In this document: one piece after another, positions 12,821 to 26,218 of the stretch
Layout of the letters: every line of letters starts with the position of its first letter
Position numbering within the stretch: the first letter of the stretch is position 1
Origin: Phoronis australis
Lineage: Eukaryota; Animalia; Phoronida
Assembly (NCBI GenBank): GCA_002633005.1
Contig: NMRA01000671.1
Span: 62,001 to 126,000 of the forward strand
Length of the DNA stretch: 64,000 nt
Direction of reading: 5' to 3'
Notes under the pieces: model-generated
The model's input: only the letters and a program-made list of their open reading frames with translations
The model's database searches: none
Told to the model about the DNA's origin: nothing
Made by a program: the position numbers and the translations under genes

Positions 12821-15800
12821 GTTTAACAGTATGACGTAGCTATTACCGTGTTTGTGCTATATGGTTTGGAGTTGCAGGAACCCGTATCCCATGGGTAAAT
12901 TAGGGCTACATAAAAATGATGCATGCCAGTTCATTGTGGTCATTGCTTTATCGACTGAGATCGCTCCTCAGAAAATGGGGTGTGATCTCGGCCGATATCT
13001 AACCCCAACATTTTCTACGTATTCCGTTTTGCTCCATTAAGTTGAACGAAGCGAAACTGCCAATAATCCTGTGTTCGAGTATTATTGTTTCGTGGATGGC
13101 CGTCTAGGCCTACAGTGTACATGTAGTTTGCATTTAATGACCCCAGCGATAAAGATTTAAAGTTCAAATCTGAACTGGCAATCACGAGTTCGTTGCTAAA
13201 TTGAGAGGTCTTTAAACGCAAACTTGAACTAAAAACTCTTCAGGGTAAACCATTATCACCTTGAGCAAGTACAATGGACAGCTATCGTTATCTTGAATTA
13301 GTGTTAAGTGTGCGCGGAAAATGTTGAAAACTTTACTGTTGTTTTAAAATTAAACGCTGACCCCTGGACTCAGGGTCTAACCTCAGATTTCTTACTCAAC
13401 TGAGACACGCAATTCGAAACCGAGCTCATAGTCATGCCGCAGATTTGAAGGCTTACTTGAAGCACGGCAGCGAAAAACGACTTTGTTGGTTGCCGCTATT
13501 TTGATTTACACAAAGGTCTCCAGGAGAATGTTGGTGTTCGTTGGGAGTCGCTTCAACACACCTGTAAGCTGAGCAATGACTTTGGGTGGGATAACCAGAG
13601 CGACCAAAATCTCAAATCAGGTTATAGATTTTGACTATCACTTGCAGACGTAGAAGTGTGAACATTATACAGTAATGAGATAGTAAATGCAGTGAGAAAT
13701 GGAAAATGCACTCCGCCACAATCCGAAAATCGTTGTGCAAAAGATTTAAGTGAAATTGTCTTAGTTTAAATGAATATTTCCAAGCAATGCCAGTCGCTCT
13801 TTTAGTCTTTTATGCTATTCAGTTTTCCATTTTAATTCAAATGAATGCCCGGGGCCAAGTCTCCAATATATTCAGACTCATACTCATACTCGAGATTCCA
13901 TACTCAAAACCGTGCTCATTGGAGTCGTGCGCAAAAAATCGTATCTAATGTCGCATTTCGAATAGACTCTCCAAACGCACTCAAATCTGAGAATCGTGGT
14001 CGAGTTGCTATGGAACTCTTTATGATGTGAAATGCAAAACAACGCAAAGTCTCGCTGACTGCATAGACTACTGTCGCTGCAAGTATAAGAGTATAACGTG
14101 GAATGCTGAGCGTTCTGTAACTGCATAGATTATAGACAAAACAGTTATACGCCGTGTACCAACAATGACGTCGCATTACCACGCATCTCGTTCTTATTGT
14201 TGAACAATGCATCTGACGTCATGCAACAATCAAACTTATCCAGCGAATAACTTTTGAAGCTTTATGCAAGTCAGCCCAGATTCGCAACTCTGACATTTAC
14301 TTACGTGCTAACCAAGAGGCGCCGCCACTCTCCTAAATTGTCTGGTGCAGTTTACGGTTAGTATATTTTGACGAGATATTTATCGCATCTACATACTGTC
14401 CAACACAACCAAAAAAGTAATTTAAACGCTGTTCAAAGTCTTCAAATAGTAGAAGTGTTGGTATCGTGAGTACCTTTGACAATACTACTGGTAATTAATT
14501 ACAAAATTTCAACTGCGGTGCCAACTGAATATGTCATCTGCTTGCCCAATAGCAGCATAGTTATCGGACAGTTTGTGATTTATGGTTCACATAGGTCTAC
14601 TGAGAAAACTACGAAAGCATGTTTGTGCACAAATTCCAAGGAGTACCTGTGAATGCAAAAGATACTTATATAACGTTTTTGGTTTAGAAACATATTAATT
14701 TTGTTCGAATTAAAAAATGCGCCTCTGCAACGATTTGACTAGTCTAATTTTTCCATGTTTATAATTTATCATTCACAAGTGAGCAGTTCTTCTGCGAAAT
14801 GTTAAGTGGTCCTTAACAGGGCCGTTGGTTGTGCTGTGCATTAGCTTTAGGTATAGCGTGAAATGGTTCTTAAAAGAACCGCTGAATAATTCAACATAAT
14901 TCACACAATACACCGTGCTCACTCAAGTACTCAAGGTCCTCTTCATTTAAGTTTTCATCAGGGAAGGTTGGATGAAATCAAACAAGATGACAATATCGAT
15001 GACAATTGTAACACCTTTTTACCGTTCACCAACGTTATCACGAACCCTGCCTCGTTCAGTTCTTGTTCCTGGATCCATAAGTACACGTAATCTTGAACCG
15101 TAGGGAAAAAAGACATACAACAAACCAAATCAAATTTCGAAAATCATCGCCTTCGGCGGTACGATTCTGTGTTGCTGTCGCCATACCGATATTTTCCCCA
15201 ACATCCACGTCGAAAATCGACGTTGCAAGTAAAGGAAAGTTTTGTCCCTCGTTTCTAAATTTTAACCCATTTTTTAAGAAATGGGTGTTTTGATTATGTC
15301 TGATGTTGATAGAGCATGACTTGCGGTTTTCACAATGCATTTCATCGTGTTGAAAGGAAATCGCTAGCACTACTTTCTTAGAAGTGGAAAGGTATTCGTT
15401 AGCACTACTTTCTTAAGAATGGTGGTCGTTATTACACACAAATTGTTTTTCTTTGGCGTTTGCAAAGCGCTAAAGCCTGCAATATGGAGAGCAGTTTTAA
15501 GTTGGTACATTTTAAATTTTACAAAAATCCTAGAATGTTGATTTGCGTTTATCTTGACAAAGGGCCACTTTCCAAACGAAAGTTGGTTTCAAATATGTTT
15601 CATGCCTGTTTTCATTACATTATTTTAATACTCCTGTCTACTTGCTTTTTTCCTTACCGGTTATGGTTGCTATTTTTTATTTTGTGTTTAACGGAAGCAC
15701 CAAACAACATAAAAGTCACTAAATTGTGAACCCATCCCTAAATTCTCCAGATTACAGGTACACCAAACATGTCACAGCAAACAAAGCTACACGTGTCATT

Positions 15801-16573
15801 AGTTCAATTTTATTTTTTATTAGAACTAAAATCATAAAATATATACAAATGTGCAAATATGGTGATAGCCAAACTGAAGATTTGGAACCTCTAAACAATT
15901 CTGTTTGCAGTATTCTAGCTTTTCCTCAGTCATAAAAAATGAAATCACAGCTCTTGCCCACCGACCAACCTCGTCCACTGCTTGCACTCTCTCGTTGATT
16001 ACAAAGCTAGCCATCTTAGCTGTCTCCACATGTGTTCCATTAAAATTACAAGGTAACTATCGAAATTGACGCGTTTCCGCGAATAGCAGTTGTCCGGTTA
16101 GTATACTTCCCCGTGATTAAAGTAGTTCGGAATGTACTGGGCCATAAGCGACGTTTTAAAAATTATTGACATCTAATTTAGTCAGTGTCAGCCGATTTCA
16201 TAATGGTTGTTAAGAATTAAATCTGGTTTAAATTGGACTTAGACCAGGTTTAAAGATAATCTGCATTTCATAAAGGTGGTTTTAAATTTTAGACCAGTAG
16301 TCTAGTAAAACGTGGTTTAACTACAGTTTAGACCTGGTCTAAGTGAGTTTTCATTTCACCAACAAGCTCTATATTTTTCATACCTGTATTAAGATCTTAA
16401 ACCATGTTTAACTTTAGACTTGGTCAGACCCAGGTTTAAATGTTAAATATGTAAGACTTGCATGGTATAGGTACAACTGCATGATGCCGCGGAGAGCATT
16501 TGCAACGAAGTTTTAGAGCGAAAATGGACTATTTTCAACATTCAGTTTTACTACGACACAAGATCAACCGTAG

Positions 16574-16731
16574 CAGAGGCGGATCCAGGATTTTTTAAAG
16601 GAGGAGGGGAATGGTCAAGGACTTTTTGAAAAAGGGGGCCAAGTCAACAACTTAAAATTATAAATTCGGTATCACTAAAATCAAGGGAAAAAGGGGGCTC
16701 CTCACCCCTTGACCCCGTCGATCCGCCTATG
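16574..16731. mobile_element. G/C-run MITE with 5-bp TSD (hAT5-like, inferred)
   Basis: CAGAGGCGGATC...GATCCGCCTATG flanked by CGTAG on both sides. Confidence 0.7.
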
Positions 16732-17199
16732 CGTAGACCACTACTTGCTGGAGTGCGTCCTGCGGATTTCTCAGAATACGACCGGTTGAGCAGGACGTCA
16801 TCGTCGTAAGCGCTACGGATTTGACTAAAGACAGCATTTTCTGATTCTTCTAACTGAGTCCCACCTCCACTGTTCTCCGATATAATGTGGCCATGAAGGG
16901 CTCTTGCCCCCCTTTAGCCGCGGAAAATAAACACTAAAACGACAAGGAAATAAAGTTGGGCATGTAACATGTTACATCTAATCGGGAGCATGTTCTTTAA
17001 TGTGTGTGTGCTGGTTACAGAAATTACAGTTTTCCTCATGGGAAAAGCTTTCAGAAGTTTTTCGTTAATGTCTGCACTGATTCTACTAGTGTATGCCATG
17101 GTATACCCACGTGATCAAGGTTTCATTGAAGCACTTCAATAGTTTCTGTGTTGTGTTTACCCAGCTCAACACAGTTGGGTGCCTTTTATACTTTAAACC

Positions 17200-17355
17200 A
17201 GCCTCCAGTTCAGTAACGCTAGGGCCTCGCAAAAAAGCAAGACTTCGCGAGATGACGTGAGATAATGCCGTGTATTTTAAATGAGAACACGTGACTTTGA
17301 CAAGGTTTTAGCTAAGTCCTAGCGTAGGTCCTAGCGTCTACTGAACGCACGCCTG
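17200..17355. repeat. Small dispersed MITE-like repeat; second copy at about 24090-24245
   Basis: Shared CAAGACTTCGCGAGAT...AAATGAGAACACGTG...TAGCGTCTA; imperfect terminal inverted repeats. Confidence 0.6.
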
Positions 17356-18545
17356 GTTTTACTGAACCAGCTCCCTGGTTTAACAAAACCAGGCTTTCAG
17401 ACTCTTAAACCATGTTGGTGAAATGCAAGTCAGGTCTAATATTAGACCAGGTTTAAGAAGACAAGGTTTAATTTAAAACCTGGTTTTGTTAAACCACCTT
17501 CATGAAATCGGCTGTTTGTGTTGTTCATAGATGTTTCAATGTAGCTTAGTTGTTACTTGAAGTTCTAATCCACGTGATATTGTTAACTGTGATAAATGTT
17601 TGTAAATCACCGAATATATCAATACGCACAGTCGTTTATCTTTAATCGTACCCAATGTTTGTAGTTTTTAGATCAATAGTTCATCGATTTTTAAAAATCA
17701 AAAACCAAACTTGGTTGTTTTTTCCATCTGAATACAGGTACGGTATTTGTTTCTAACGAAAACTGTTGGTTAATACATTTTGAAAATCGCCAATATGTAC
17801 AGGAAGAGGTGTTTACTACAGGTCATAATCGGTTAATTACACTTAATTGGGTCTTGCTCGCACCGGACAATGCAGTCATCACCACCGAGTCCGACTCTGG
17901 CGCCTGGCTCTCTTTGATCCCGGTAAAAGCCGCTCTGAAGGACGAGCGGTAAAAAGTCACGCATTTCTTTACAAATGGGTGACTTTCGTGTAAGCGTATA
18001 ATTCACGGAATGGAATATTAATCTGGAGCAGCATAAAGGCTGTCGGTATATTACACACGCCATATCAATACCGTTTCACCATTGTTAGCGCACAATTTCT
18101 TGAGCTATAGACTAAAGTAAGTTTTACTCGACTACGTGTGGTATGTCGGGTAAAATGGCGGCTTGGAAACGCAGGCGAAGGTGTGTCAAGAATGCTGCGT
18201 TTTGATTGGTTTTGGTTGTTATAAATCTGGCGATAGGTCAATTACACCAGATAATTTGGCCAGGTGACGCTAGTGAATAATGACATAACGGCTTGTGCGA
18301 AACAGCACAGATTTCGTCCATTGAAGTACATGTATACGGAGCTGGCGGCCTATGTATTATAGTCTATGGTAACTGTTATTCATTTTTCAGTTTCAATACA
18401 ATATTCTCATACTATTTCTTGATACATTTGCCAATTATTAAGTTTTACTTCTTGGCTGGAGTTCATTATTAGCCCGGGAGCCAAATGCTGTTATTTTACT
18501 TAACCTGGTTTTGTCGGACAAAGTTTTTTTCTTTGCTGTTTCACG

Positions 18546-21500
18546 TAACCTAGGCATAGTTAATCATGATTTAAGGGGTTGACCGTTCGCAACTCTTGAG
18601 CATTTCTTAAAATATGCAAATTAAGGTCCCCATTATGCAAAATTTTTGCTTAAATATCCTTACCAAGCACTGCAGCCACAGAGTTTTGACAGTTTTACCC
18701 ATGTTTTCATGGTCAACGAATTTAAAAGTTCAATTTTTGTTGAATACATCGTCAATTTGCAAAATTTATGCAAATTAAGGCCATCAAAGTGCAAAATTCT
18801 ATGTTTGCTTATAATTTCCTTACCAAGCACTGCAGGCAGGTTATTTCGATGCTTTCACCCATGTTTCCATGGTCAACGAATTTAATAGTGAAAGTGTCTG
18901 GGTAGATACATCATCAATTTGCATAATTTATGCGAATTAATGCCGCCATTATTCAAAACTTTACATGTTCTAATAGCCATGGTACCAATCATTACAGGTA
19001 AATTATCATGATGTTTGCACCTATGTTTCTATGGTCAATTATTTTAATGAAAACAGTTTGCATGTTGCTGTATGATAAATATGCATAAATAATGCAAATT
19101 AACGCCACCATTATTCAAAATTATATTTTGCTTAAAACTCCCTTATCAAGCACTTCATACAGGTTACTTTAATGTTTTCGCCTATGCTTCCATGGTTAGT
19201 GAATTTCATGGACCTCGTTTGCTGGTGGATACATCGTGAATTTGCATAATATATACAAATTAACTCCGCCATTGTTCAAAATTCTACCTTTACCAATAGC
19301 TGAAGTACCATGTACCCCAAGTAAATTATTTTAACGACTTTACCCGAAGTTTATGTGAAATCATTTGATAAGTTGTTGCATGATGAATTTTCATAATTTT
19401 TACAAATAAACAACACCAGAATTCCAATTACTGTTTTGCTCATAATTTCCTTGAGGGCATTACATGTACATTATTTTTTAAATTCATCTCATGTTTTCAT
19501 GGTTATCATGAATTTCCATAATTGATACTTAACACAAATTACATCTGTCTTATTCAAATTTTGCTTGTGCATATAACTGCTGCATCAGACACCAGAGGTT
19601 AGTTGTAAATGTTTGCACCCATGTTTCAGTGGTCAATGAATTTAATGAGATCTTTTTTCAGGTTGTAGCATGATACATTTGCAGAATCTCCTTTTTGATG
19701 ATAAAGTAAAAAAATATTTGGTGTAGAATGTGTTCTGTAGTTTGAGACTTTAAATTACAAAAAAAGATATTGCCTATTGCTCTGCGCTCCCACAGACCAT
19801 AGAAGGAACGCAGATTTGTTTAATGACTTGGTTGATTGCTGGAATGGGGATGGGAGCGATCAGTTTATAGGGACCACCTTCATGACGTACGAAAACAGTA
19901 ATGAGGGAATTGTGGCAAATTGCCCTCAAAGAAGAGACTCTTAGGCTTTTGTCACAAGTTGCCATTTGTCCTACAAGATTGAACAGATCTTGGAGAGATG
20001 GAGAGCGGTTAGCATTATAGATCTTGTACTAAAACCTATCACTCTGAAGAAAGTAAGGCATGTCTTGATGCACATGCCGAGGATATTTCACGAATCTGTC
20101 AAAAGTAGATACCGGCATCGATCTATTGGATCCCAAGGTCCATCCCAAAGACAGTAGTGAATATAAGCACCGACAGGACTGCTACTCCAACATTTAACGT
20201 AAGCCTACATGAAACAATAAGCATTTGACAGGCAATGCTATCAAACTTCGAGAAAGGCTAGCAATATGTTGGGAACATAAGTAGGTAATCACCAATGACG
20301 ATCCTTGTCCCTTAATATAGCACAAGGACATTGCAGACATCCCACGAAGAAGCTAGCTCCATTATTGTGCAACATGACGTGAAATGTGCATATGAACTTA
20401 ACAAGTTTTAGGTTGTTTCGGATGACAAAAATGTATTAATTTTTTACTTTCGTCTGCATTAGTAAGACAACGAACATCTTCAAATATCACAACCATGAAA
20501 TCACCTACTTAGCGTAGAACAGTCGTAGACATACATGTAATATTAACACTGGAAACATTGAGTGATATTGTGAAGGTCTCCTCCCTGCCCATGCGCTGTA
20601 GGGGTGTAACACAACGGCATGCTACTATGGAGTTGGACATAGTTAAAATAATGATGAATGGACATGATCTGTCTGCCATCATGCACAAATTTCTGATGTC
20701 ATGAAACAGGCAACTAAATGTATGCGTGCCTGTTATGGAATGAAGAGAATCAAGAATATGTCAGAAACCCGACTACTGGCAAGAAATATATGTCAGCTCC
20801 AATCCGTCACCCACAACAGAAGCATTCACAGAGAATGTAAAGGTAAACAGAGTCCACTACCAGTCAGTCATCTGGTGGAATGTCATCAGCACTAGATCCA
20901 GGGGACTATGGATGGCCGAAAGATGCCATAAACCAATGACTCTCATCATCTATGAATCTGCATGGTGTCCAACTTGCTCCTCTTGCATACTGGTGATGAT
21001 TATGTATGGCTGCAAAGGTCAGACTCCACGAAATTCAAGTAGATACAAGTGCAGTGTCAATTTCCTACCCCACACAATATTTTGGGCACGTTATACTGTA
21101 GTGTGCTCATGTTCCGAGTGTTGAATTAGCATTTGAAACGTCTTGTGACTGGTCTCCATATACTGGTTTTATGCAATTAAACAATTTGGTCATCTACTGC
21201 ACATACCCTGGGTATCAGACAAAACTAGATTTTGTATTGATGTGTAATAACTTACAGATCAGTTATGATGTAATGACAGATTACAAAAAATCCATCCGCA
21301 AAATTACAAAATAATCTACAAGTAGCGCCCCCGTAAGAAAGTTCAGAGCAGAAACATAATTTTTAATAATGTCCGCATTTATTTTCATAAATTATGCTAA
21401 TTAATCATCCACTTTCCAAACTGATGTCATTAACCTAATTGACCATAGGAAAAAAGGTTCAAATATCATGAGAGTTTACCTGTGGTGCTTGGTACCGCAA

Positions 21501-21860
21501 CTATAAGCAAAAGTAGAATTTTGAATAATGGCACGTTTAATTTGCATTAGTTATTCAAATTTGAATTAATTATTCAAATTTATCATGCATTAATATGCAA
21601 ACCGATTTCATTAAACTAATTGACCAAAAGAATTTAGGTGCAATTATCATGATAGTTCATCTGTGGTGCCTAGCACAGTAGATATAAGCACAAGAAGGAT
21701 TTTGAATAACAGCGGCTTTAATTTGAATAAGTTATGCAAATTCACAAGGTATTCACCAAAAATCTTGCACTACTAAATTCGTTGACCATGGGAACATGGG
21801 AAATAATGTCAAAATTATGTGGCTGAAGTGCTTGGTATGAAAATTATATCCAGAAACATA
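18546..21860 (+). mobile_element. Academ(X)-like transposon relic with long modular inverted arms and decayed XPG/PIN-like nuclease plus Cys-rich C terminus
   Basis: Broken + strand motifs SHEEA (about 20340), VVSDDKNV (20412), LPAHAL*GCNTTACYYGVG (20581), PTTEAFTENVK, LDPGDYGW, GCKGQTP..SRYKCS..LP.TIF. About 120-130 bp GCAAATTAA-containing repeats at 18600-19700 are mirrored in inverse at 21340-21860. Ends approximate. Confidence 0.65.
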
Positions 21861-22589
21861 CCGCAAAAACGTGATGTAGCACTTACAGGCGTTTGTTAAG
21901 AGTTAATCAGTCGATAGGGAAAATATCAAACTATTCGAAGATCGCAACAAGTGGCAAATTCTCGAGTGACCTGAGCGGCTGCACGCCTGTCAATCAACTG
22001 CTAGAGTTTTATTTTTTCGTTTTTTAAAGAGAAACCACTAAGATCAAATAACTTTTTCATTTCATTTATGTCGCTCGATGCAACTATATTTTATCTAGGA
22101 GAAGTGGCGCTCACTTGGGACGTACCTTCCTTGTGCCTTTTCACAGAACAATGACCCCGGGTAACTTTGTAAAATTAAAATATGACCCGGGTCGCAATTA
22201 GTGGGGTCTAAATTTATGTAACTATTGTGAAAAATGACTTCATTTGGGTGATATAAAGAAATGACAGTTTTTAAAGTTCATTGGAACGTTCTAACGTTCA
22301 GTACAGCGGCTTTGAGCGTGTGATAACACTGTAGCTCCTTTTTTAACTGTCGAGCATAGTCTTTTGTCTGGTACGACAACATGCAGATAAATTATCTACC
22401 AGGCTTATAACCGATCACATGTGAACACAGTCAAACCCAGTACGTTGGTACGTTCGGACAGAATAGATTGTCTTAACTTCGATTGTAGTTGAGCGATTTT
22501 GGTGATTCAACAACTATAATCTTGATCAGTATTTGATGGCCAATTCAGAAAAGTCATTGGTTTTTGTTCAAACATTACTTAACTTATTT

Positions 22590-22780
22590 TTATCAGCACA
22601 GCCCAGTGAGGATATAAGATACGATCTTACCGGATGTTGAGCAATTATCGAACAAAAGAGAGCTGACCGAGACCCTCCAACCCTAATTGCCAGAATGGAC
22701 TTCATCAGTCGTCAGTATAAGATACTGTCTACAGCGGTCATCTGCCCAACTTGTTGTGAACAAGTTGGACTCAACGGGAG
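22590..22780 (+). repeat. Dispersed repeat; second copy at about 46350-46530
   Basis: Shared GATACGATCT...GAGCAATTATC.AACAAAAGAG...CCCTCCAACC...GCCAGAATGGA. Confidence 0.6.
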
Positions 22781-24929
22781 AACGTCGTAACGTAAAAAAC
22801 AATGAACACAGGATCAGTTCCTTTCCTGTGCATCCCTCGGAATTGCCAACAAACATTCTTCCCTCACGTACGGTATTCCGCTCTCTGACGGATCTGAAGT
22901 CCCCCCCGATCGAGCAACAAGGCACTTATTAGCGTTTTGTAGTATCTCCACACCGTGTGCTTACAAAGGGAACAGCCCCGCTCCGGCACATATTAATTCG
23001 GACTGTTCCAATCCATCCCCGCTCTTAATCTGATACACGTACTGCGCGACCCTCAGCCGAGAAATTTAAAATAAATTCTCTCACGCACGCTGTCTGCTTA
23101 TCCCAACCCCCTGTTGCGGGGGAATCGTTGAATAATGACGGGACAGGTTTCAAGAACGTAGGGTTATATTTTCATGGTCTGAATATTCTTCACCTTAAAT
23201 TTAGACCCTCTGAAAAAACCAACCGGGGTCACTTTTCACGGAGTCATAATAAATGCTACATCGGCTCGGTTGGGTACCATTCGGTTTCGAGTGGGAAATT
23301 CTATATTTTTGGTAAAGGTTGGATGCGCAATTCAGTCGTACATGTTTGGTATTTTGGATAGTATGCACTTTACTTTCTTGCACAAGTTTCTTCAAAAAAC
23401 AGAGAGCTCGTTAGCAAGAAGTGCAAATGTACACAATTTCCAAGATCAACATCGACATAAGTACAGATTTTGCCGAGATTTGTTTGTTTTGAGACAACAG
23501 AAAACATCTGATTTTGGAATACATATTAAGAAGTGAGTATTTAAAGCAGTATGTATTTCAATAGAGAATACACGTACATGTACTACTTGCTTAGATGTAC
23601 TGATTTCGATGCCCCGGCTGGCGAGTAAGTTCGGGGATGATTTTTTTTCTGTACAATTAAAAATACACATGATTGTCAATAATACTAAATATTTACTTAA
23701 ATCTAATTAGCAAAGAGCATCACCATTGGATAATAGCATATGCTGGTCAATAATTATCTTTTTAATTGATCTTACATGGTCTCCGATCACCAAGACTAAT
23801 GCGGAAATAACGTATATAGTCGCTCCGCTTAAATTATTGTGGCACAACATAAAAACCTAGTTGCAGCACCAATAAACCCCATGGCCGAACCAAAAAACCC
23901 ATGACTGAATGGCAGGACCAAGAACTTAACTCTTTGGCTGCAAGCATAGCACTGCGAGCCCCCCGATTTTCTGACTGATGCCGTAGGGCTACTAGTGTTT
24001 TACGCCATTTTTCTCCTGTGTAGCACTCTCCAAAATGGCGTCATATTGACAACGGAAGCTGCATGTATCTGAGTGGCGCGCGCCCGCCTCTCGTTCACTA
24101 ACACTAGGACCTCGCTATAAACAAGACTTCGCGAGATTACTAGAGATATTACCGTGTTTTTTAAATGAGAACACGTGGTGCTGACTAGACTTTAGCTAGG
24201 TCCTAGAGTACATGTAGGTCTTAGCGTCTATTGAACACACGCCCGGTCTACAGGTATGTGATTCTGTGGTGACAGTATTCCTAAGAAGGCCTTAACATGA
24301 CGTATTACCCGGGCTCCGTCTCGGCGACCTGAGCGCACTCGGCCATTCATAAACAAAATAGTATTCACAGATTTCATAGCACAATGCACCGTAGGCGGAA
24401 CTAACTTCATTCACAAGAAGATTAAAAATGAAACTATTACCTCTGAACTGATATTGATGCAATGAAATGTGGAGGACTTATTTTTTTTAAATTTGCTCTG
24501 CCTGTCAGTGGCTTTTCGATATTTGTTCTCTCGATCGTATATGATATTTTCGAGTACGATTTAAAGCACACTGCCATACCAAACTTGCAATTTGGAGCAT
24601 ATACTCAGAATTTTACTCAAAATCGTACTCGAAATATAGATATGAGGTACACTTCAGTTCGAGCATATTCGAAAATTGAGTGCGTGCTCGAAATTTCGAG
24701 TACATATTTTTTGAGTATGACATTGAATACACCAAAGCTGAGTCTGTACTTGAGTTGAGTATGAAGTGTGACTTTGAATATGATGCAAGTCCGAGTACGG
24801 AGATTGGAAACCGGGGCATGGTTTGATATCAAACGTGTGCCACGAGCGAGTGCTTTTGATGAATGACCGCTGATGGAAATAGTCATTTTTGTGTTAATAA
24901 GTTACTCTTTAAACGCTAGACGCAACAAA

Positions 24930-25135
24930 AGATGTTTGAACGCTAGACACAACACTGAGAACGCCATATGCAAGATATTTGAACGCTAGACATCACTGAG
25001 AACGCCATAAGCAAGATATTTGAACGCCAGACATCTCTGAACGCCACATATGCAAGATATTTGAATATTAGACATAACTGAACTCCATATGCAATATATT
25101 TGAACTCCAGACATAACTGAACGCCATCCGCAAGG
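24930..25135. repeat. Minisatellite, about 40-bp unit, about 5 copies
   Basis: Repeated GCAAGATATTTGAACGCTAGACAT.ACTGA..ACGCCATA with no unique spacers. Confidence 0.85.
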
Positions 25136-25454
25136 CATTACAATACTATTCTATTATCGGAGAATATATGTTTTGTCACTCCACAGCAATTGGTATGAAC
25201 AATATGTTTGAAACGACATAACATTTCCATTGTCGCAAAAGTGAAAACTTCAACTAGTCGAGTAAAAGCGCAGGGTTGAGTTTACAGGCAGATTTCATCA
25301 ACAGATTTCTCGTAAAAGTCACCAAACACTGTTGTAAATTTATTGAATGGGCGCTCTCTGTGAGACGTTCTTATTGTAGTATATCCTTTCAAGTAGTGAA
25401 CGACTATTGGTTTTGCTGACAACCTTTACTACCATCAGCCTGTGCTTTAAATAG

Positions 25455-25645
25455 GTGTGTGCTTTTGTGACGATGGATACATTGGAGGAGACTGTTCAAT
25501 AGAGAAAGCAATACCCCCGGAACTCTTTGCCATTCCACAGAATGGTTTATGTGACGTCAAGAGCCGACCGTGTGAGGCGACCCCAGTGTACGGAGACAAC
25601 CTCGTTGAGTCGGGAAATCTCACTTGCCACATTGATTACTTACAG
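25455..25645 (+). CDS. VWDE: VWDE-like gene 1 exon (second half of EGF and following domain)
   Basis: TAG acceptor, phase 1-0; (G)VCFCDDGYIGGDCS completes the EGF begun at 12239; PELFAIPQNGLCDV...CHIDYLQ; CAG/GTACTG donor. Confidence 0.88.
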
Positions 25646-25954
25646 GTACTGCATGGTGTAATGGGTGTTAAGTCCGATCAAAAGGTACAAAACCGATGTG
25701 TCATTTGTCATTTACATTGATTTGCATTAGCACACGAATTGTAAGGCTTTGTCAGTGCAAATATATTTGTGGTTTAAACTGAGAACCATAGTTCTATTAT
25801 TCAAAGCAGCTAGTGGTAGTCTCAAGCACAAAGATTAGAGGAAGTTGAGGTATTTTGATTGTGCCACCTTTCCTCAGAATGATTTTGCCTTATCAAGAGA
25901 TATCATCCCATCACTTGGCATGTAAATTTCATGTTTATCTATGTCATCTTCAAG

Positions 25955-26218
25955 GTTACATTAATGGGAACCATTAACGTCACTGGTGAAAAGGCTTTGA
26001 CAAAAGGAGAGTTTGAAACCTTTAACGAAGTTTTTTGCCCGCTGCCCAAATCACGCGTACGCCGAAGCATCGACGAGAAAGCTTCTGTCGGAATCCCGGT
26101 CACAGGTTACTATATTGGGGTCAGTAACGATGGCGTAGCAGTGAGTCAGAAGGTTATGTTTATCTCTTACGATTCTGTCTGCATTTCCTGCAACGCTACA
26201 GGCTTCTGCGTTAAAAAG
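25955..26218 (+). CDS. VWDE: VWDE-like gene 1 exon with furin site
   Basis: Phase 0-0, 88 codons; VFCPLP, SRVRRS, IGVSNDG, YDSVCISC match VWDE-type VSNDG..YD..C..C; AAG/GTAGGT donor. Confidence 0.88.

Larger units (their letters stand above)
16189..17514. mobile_element. PIF/Harbinger-like non-autonomous element nested in P-like copy A
   Basis: Perfect 13-bp TIR CAGCCGATTTCAT with AAACC/GGTTT subterminal repeats; absent from the paralogous segment near 53685; possible 3-bp TSD (TGT/TTT). Superfamily inferred. Confidence 0.65.
14124..18368. mobile_element. Non-autonomous P-element-like DNA transposon, copy A
   Basis: Termini CATAGATTATA / TATAGTCTATG; direct repeat GTAACTG at 14117-14123 and 18369-18375; both arms homologous to copy B (55592-59859). 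Confidence 0.75.

Noticed and set aside
15056-16029. Short ORFs apparently conserved with those at 53837-54323 and 56373-56742
   Set aside because: Similarity comes from duplicated transposon DNA; frames and stops are not preserved.
24930-25135. CRISPR-like array
   Set aside because: Units are contiguous with no unique spacers, there are no cas genes and the context is eukaryotic; it is a minisatellite.
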